Part shown: positions 60,365-64,000 of the stretch, piece after piece
Position numbering within the stretch: position 1 is the first letter of the stretch
Layout: every line of letters starts with the position of its first letter
Notes under the pieces: model-generated
Databases searched by the model: none
What the model was told of the DNA's origin: nothing
What the model saw: the letters and a program-made list of their open reading frames with translations, nothing else
Position numbers and translations under genes: made by a program
Origin: Lysobacterales bacterium
GTDB taxonomy: Bacteria; Pseudomonadota; Gammaproteobacteria; Xanthomonadales; BPKI01
Direction: 5' to 3'
DNA: 64,000 nt
NCBI GenBank assembly: GCA_033582715.1
Contig: JAVQZZ010000001.1
Location: 486,843 to 550,842 of the forward strand

Positions 60365-62535
60365 TCACGACCGTTCCCTCCCTGCCGTCGCCGCTGCGGC
60401 TCCTGCTGGCCCTGGGACTGGCGCTCGCCGGCGGCTGCGCGGTGCCGAGGCTGGCGGCGCCCGAGCCCCTCACCAGCGGCCGTTCGACCCGCGAGGCCCT
60501 CCAGGAGCAGGCGGAGGCCTCGCCGGGAGCCGCCGAGGCGAGCGCGCGGGAGGAGCCGATCATCGAGCCCGGCACCGGCAGCTTCATCGACGAGCGCGCC
60601 GCCTCGCGGCCGTCGCCGCCGCCCCCCGCCGACGGAGAGCTCGTGCTCAACTTCGAGAACGAGTCGATCCAGGCGGTGGTCAAGGCGATCCTCGGCGACC
60701 TGCTGCAGCAGAACTACGTGATCGCGCCGGGGGTGGGCGGCACCGTGACCTTCTCCACGGCGCGGCCCATCCGCATCGAGCAGGCGATGCCGATCCTCGA
60801 GATGCTGCTCGCCTGGAACAACGCCACCCTGGTCTGGCAGGACGGGCGCTACGTGGTCCTGCCGATCGCCCAGGCGATTCCCGGCAACCTCGCGCCGCGC
60901 ATCGGCGCCCCGGAGGCGGCCAAGGGCTACGAGCTGCGCGCGGTGCCGCTGCGCTACATCTCGGCCACCGAGATGGAGAAGCTGCTCCAGCCCTACATCC
61001 GGCCGGGCGCGATCGTGCGCACCGACAACCTGCGCAACATGCTGGTGCTGGCCGGAACGGCGCGCGAGCTCGCGACCTACCTCCAGACCGTCGAGGTCTT
61101 CGACGTCGACTGGCTCGCCGGGATGTCGGTGGCGATCTTCCCGATCGAGTCGGTCGAGGTGGCGAAGCTCCTGCCCGAGCTCGAGGCGGTCTTCGGCGAG
61201 GGTGCCAACACCCCGCTCGCCGGGCTGTTCCGCTTCATGCCGATCGAGCGGCTGAACGCGATCCTGGTGATCACCACCCAGCCGCGCTATCTCGAGGAGG
61301 CCGAGAAGTGGATCCGCCGCCTCGACCGGGGCGGCACCGCGAGCGGGGCCCGGCTCTACGTCTATGACGTCAAGAACGTCAAGGCCGCGGATCTCGCGAA
61401 CTACCTGAACGAGGTCTTCGGCGGCGGAGGCGGCGCCGCCCGCGCCACCCCGGGGGGCACGGTGGCCCCGGGGCTGCAGCCGGTCGAGATCCGCGCGATC
61501 AACGATCCCCGCGGTCCCGCGGTGCAGCCGACGGAGGTCAAGGCCGAACCCCCGCCGCCGACGCCCGGCCAGGGGATCGCGATCGGGGACACCGAGGACA
61601 TCCGGATCACCGCGATCGAGGAGTCGAACTCGCTGCTCATCCGCGCCACGCCCTCGCAGTACGAGGCGGTGCTGGCCGCGATCCGCCGGCTCGACCGGGT
61701 GCCCCTGCAGGTGCACATCGAGACCCGGATCATCGAGGTGGCGCTCAACGACCAGCTGCGCTTCGGCGTGCAGTGGTTCTTCGAGAACGCGCGCAACCAG
61801 CAGGGCGCGCCGCGCGCGCGCGGCGGCACCCTGAACCAGCAGGGGCTCACCTGGAGCTTCGTCACCAGCGACTGGGCCTCGATCCTCGAGACCCTCGACT
61901 CGGTCTCCGAGACCCGGGTGATCTCGGCGCCCTCGGTGGTGGTGCTCAACAACAAGTCGGCCAACATCAACGTGGGCCGCCAGATCCCGGTGGTCAGCAC
62001 CTTCATCGACCCGATCGGCGGCATCGGCGGCAACCCCGGGACGGGCTTCCAGCGCGGCCTGGTGCAGTTCCGCGACACGGGGGTGATCCTCAACGTCACC
62101 CCGCGCGTGAACCCGGGCGGGCTGGTCTTCATGGAGATCAAGCAGGAGGACTCGACCCCCGAGGAGACACCGGACCCCACCGGCAACGTCCCGGTCAGCC
62201 GCCGCTCGATCGAGACCGAGGTCGCGGTGCAGAGTGGCCAGACCGTGCTGCTCGGCGGCCTGATCAAGCAGACCGAGGGCCAGGCCCGCGCTGGGGCGCC
62301 GGGCCTGAGCCGGATCCCGGTGCTCGGCGGGATCTTCGGCCGCCAGAGCCGCACCGCCGACCGGCAGGAGCTGCTGGTCATGATCACGCCGACGGTGATC
62401 GGCTCCGTGGAGGACGCGGAGCAGCTCACCGACGAGTACCGCCGCCGCTTCGTGGGCCTCGAGCCGCTGCGCGGGGCGCCCCGCGGCGAGGCGGACGAGC
62501 CGCCCGCGTCCCCTGACGGAGAGCCGCTGCCATGA
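60361..62535 (+). CDS. gspD: Type II secretion secretin GspD (lipidated form)
   Basis: ATGA overlap. Lipobox LALAGGC. N0-N3 domains (LVLNFENESIQAVVKAILGDLL..., ...YELRAVPLRYISATEMEKLL..., ...LYVYDVKNVKAADLANYL...). Secretin core (VHIETRIIEVALNDQLRFGVQW...ISAPSVVVLNNKSANINVGRQIPV...VQSGQTVLLGGLI...GLSRIPVLGGIFG...ELLVMITPTVI). Intact 724 aa. Confidence 0.93.
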   Translation: MITTVPSLPSPLRLLLALGLALAGGCAVPRLAAPEPLTSGRSTREALQEQAEASPGAAEASAREEPIIEPGTGSFIDERAASRPSPPPPADGELVLNFENESIQAVVKAILGDLLQQNYVIAPGVGGTVTFSTARPIRIEQAMPILEMLLAWNNATLVWQDGRYVVLPIAQAIPGNLAPRIGAPEAAKGYELRAVPLRYISATEMEKLLQPYIRPGAIVRTDNLRNMLVLAGTARELATYLQTVEVFDVDWLAGMSVAIFPIESVEVAKLLPELEAVFGEGANTPLAGLFRFMPIERLNAILVITTQPRYLEEAEKWIRRLDRGGTASGARLYVYDVKNVKAADLANYLNEVFGGGGGAARATPGGTVAPGLQPVEIRAINDPRGPAVQPTEVKAEPPPPTPGQGIAIGDTEDIRITAIEESNSLLIRATPSQYEAVLAAIRRLDRVPLQVHIETRIIEVALNDQLRFGVQWFFENARNQQGAPRARGGTLNQQGLTWSFVTSDWASILETLDSVSETRVISAPSVVVLNNKSANINVGRQIPVVSTFIDPIGGIGGNPGTGFQRGLVQFRDTGVILNVTPRVNPGGLVFMEIKQEDSTPEETPDPTGNVPVSRRSIETEVAVQSGQTVLLGGLIKQTEGQARAGAPGLSRIPVLGGIFGRQSRTADRQELLVMITPTVIGSVEDAEQLTDEYRRRFVGLEPLRGAPRGEADEPPASPDGEPLP

Positions 62536-62948
62536 GCCGACACCCGTTCATCCTTGCCGCCGTCCTCCTCGCCGCCCTGCTCGCGGCCTGCGCCGGCGCG
62601 CCGCGCAAGGCGTCCTCGAGCCCCGAGGAGGCGGTCGCGCAGCGCGCCAAGGAGCGCTGGGAGCACCTGATGAAGGGCCGGATCGACGAGGCCCTGGGCT
62701 ACATCGCTCCTGGATCGCGGGCGCTGATCGATCGCGAGTCCTACGTCGCGCAGAAGCGCAACGCCCCGGTGATGTACACCGGGGTCGAGGTGCTGGAGGT
62801 GCGCTGCGAGCAGGAGGCCTGCACCGCCGAGCTCAAGGTCCACACCCAGGCCCCACTGCCCTTCGCCGGCATGGTGCCGGCGTGGTCCTTCCTCAGGGAG
62901 CGCTGGGTGCGCGACGGCGGGACCTGGTACCTGGTCCCCGATCCGTGA
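62532..62948 (+). CDS. Small lipoprotein of unknown function, translationally coupled to gspD
   Basis: ATGA overlap with the gspD stop. MSRHPFILAAVLLAALLAAC (lipobox)...138 aa, ending ...FLRERWVRDGGTWYLVPDP. Intact. Confidence 0.6.
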   Translation: MSRHPFILAAVLLAALLAACAGAPRKASSSPEEAVAQRAKERWEHLMKGRIDEALGYIAPGSRALIDRESYVAQKRNAPVMYTGVEVLEVRCEQEACTAELKVHTQAPLPFAGMVPAWSFLRERWVRDGGTWYLVPDP

Positions 62949-62981
62949 GCGGGAGCGGCGGAGAGCGGCTCGCGCGGGGGA

Positions 62982-63010
62982 TTGCAAGCCCGTGGCGGCC
63001 GCCGTATCAT
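62982..63010 (+). promoter_or_regulatory. Near-consensus sigma70 promoter for the downstream secreted-protein gene
   Basis: TTGCAA (62982-62987), 17-nt spacer, TATCAT (63005-63010). It is followed by a 5'-UTR hairpin at 63037-63069 (GGGCTT..CCGTCT cggc AGACGG AAGCCC) and AGGAG 8 nt before the ATG. Confidence 0.55.
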
Positions 63011-63096
63011 CCGAGCACCGTCATGCCGGGAGCAGGGGGCTTTCCGGCCGTCTCGGCAGACGGAAGCCCTGTGATCGTTCCGTTAGGAGTGTTGCC

Positions 63097-64000
63097 ATGA
63101 GAAGAAACAAGCTGAGCACGGCGATCTTCGCCGGCATCGCGGGCGTGGCGGGCATCGCCGCTACCGGCAACGCCGCGCTCTACATCAACCCGGACGGCAC
63201 CGGCCAGGTGCTGATCTATCCCTACTACACGGTCAACAACAACCTCCAGACCCTGATCTCGATCGTCAATACCACGGATCGGGGCAAGGCGGTGAAGGTC
63301 CGGTTCCTCGAGGGCTACAACAGTAAGGAAGTCCTCGACTTCAACCTGTACCTCTCGGAGTTCGACGTGTGGACGGCGGCGATCATCTCCGCCTCCGCCG
63401 ACACCTCCGGTCCGGGCCGCCTGATCTCCTTCGACCGCTCGTGCACCGCGCCGGCGATCCCCTCGGGCGGCGTCGACTTCCGTAACTTCGTCTATGCGCT
63501 CACCTCGCCCGACTCCGGTCCCGGCACGCTGGCCCGCACCCGCGAGGGCCACATCGAGATGATCGAGATGGGCACGGTGAACAACGCCCCGGGCTTCCCG
63601 GCGCTGACCTGGATCACCCACGTCTCGGGCACGCCGGCCAACTGCGCGAACATCCGCGCGGCCTGGTCGCCGGGTGGCCAGTGGACCACGAATCCGCTGC
63701 TCGGCATCACCGCGCCCACCGGCGGCCTGTTCGGTTCGGCGGCGATCGTCGACGTCGCCAACGGCGTGATGTACTCCTACAACGCCGACGCCATCGACGC
63801 CTTCCGCGCCACCGCCAACCACACCGATCCGGGCAGCGTGTTCCCCTCGCTGGCGGACAATGACACCGCCCCGAACCCGCGTTCGAGCATCGTGTTCTAC
63901 AACGGTGTGGCGGTGACCGCGCAGTGGCCGGCCGGTCAGGCGATCGACGCGACCTCCTCGGTGTTCATGCACAGCGCGCTGGCGAACGAGTACTCGCTCG
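63097..64000 (+). CDS. Secreted protein of unknown family (N-terminal 301 aa; runs off the window); not in the supplied ORF track
   Basis: My own translation from ATG 63097: MRRNKLSTAIFAGIAGVAGIAATGNAALYINPDGTGQVLIYPYYTVNNNLQTLISIVNTTDRGKAVKVRFLEGYNSKEVLDFNLYLSEFDVWTAAIISASADTSGPGRLISFDRSCTAPAIPSGGVDFRNFVYALTSPDSGPGTLARTREGHIEMIEMGTVNN... There is no stop to nt 64000. It has a signal peptide, SD, promoter and GC3-rich codons with an N/Y/T/I/F-rich composition. Confidence 0.75.
   Translation, partial: MRRNKLSTAIFAGIAGVAGIAATGNAALYINPDGTGQVLIYPYYTVNNNLQTLISIVNTTDRGKAVKVRFLEGYNSKEVLDFNLYLSEFDVWTAAIISASADTSGPGRLISFDRSCTAPAIPSGGVDFRNFVYALTSPDSGPGTLARTREGHIEMIEMGTVNNAPGFPALTWITHVSGTPANCANIRAAWSPGGQWTTNPLLGITAPTGGLFGSAAIVDVANGVMYSYNADAIDAFRATANHTDPGSVFPSLADNDTAPNPRSSIVFYNGVAVTAQWPAGQAIDATSSVFMHSALANEYSL

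Noticed and set aside
63007-63972. 321-aa minus-strand ORF covering the right end of the window.
   Set aside because: It is an Arg/Gly/Asp/Val-rich antisense translation of the far more convincing plus-strand secreted-protein gene, which has a promoter, SD, signal peptide and GC3 bias.

Overview
High-GC (roughly 70-75 % by eye) gammaproteobacterial core-chromosome segment. I found no CRISPR array, transposase, phage block or mobile-type integrase.

Gene order:
- A ~1,100-aa membrane-anchored ankyrin-repeat protein and a secreted Lys-C-type serine protease.
- sixA, yceI, a phospholipase D protein, a DUF1232 protein and a TonB-dependent receptor.
- hemL-thiE, rubredoxin and a DUF192 protein.
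- One complete rRNA operon (16S, tRNA-Ala, tRNA-Ile, 23S, 5S) with a promoter, two boxA-like copies, a terminator hairpin and an unusual C-rich tail.
- bioD, a GAF (MsrC-like) protein, a TfoX C-terminal-domain protein, a hypothetical protein and glmS.
- A ~1-kb GC-rich stretch with no believable gene, then tRNA-Met.
- dsbD plus a redoxin, proS, a DUF4124 pair, pssA-holD-rimI, valS-pepA, lptF-lptG and an RDD protein.
- A six-gene TonB2/Ttp-type energy-transduction cluster.
- xerD-dsbC-purL and a conserved membrane protein.
- A complete Xps-ordered type II secretion cluster (gspE-F-G-H-I-J-K-L-M-N-D) with a translationally coupled lipoprotein.
- At the right edge, a well-expressed-looking secreted protein of unknown family that is missing from the supplied ORF track.

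The dominant anomaly is technical. At least ~55 reading-frame breaks interrupt otherwise well-conserved, often essential genes. Most behave as single-base insertions, so the six-frame ORF track is badly fragmented and also fuses neighbouring genes.

I do not see a convincing, wholly new multi-gene system. The best candidates for a second look are the edge ORF next to the T2SS, the lipoprotein and membrane protein flanking the T2SS, the gene-free gap upstream of glmS, the C-rich tract after the 5S gene, and the giant ankyrin protein.
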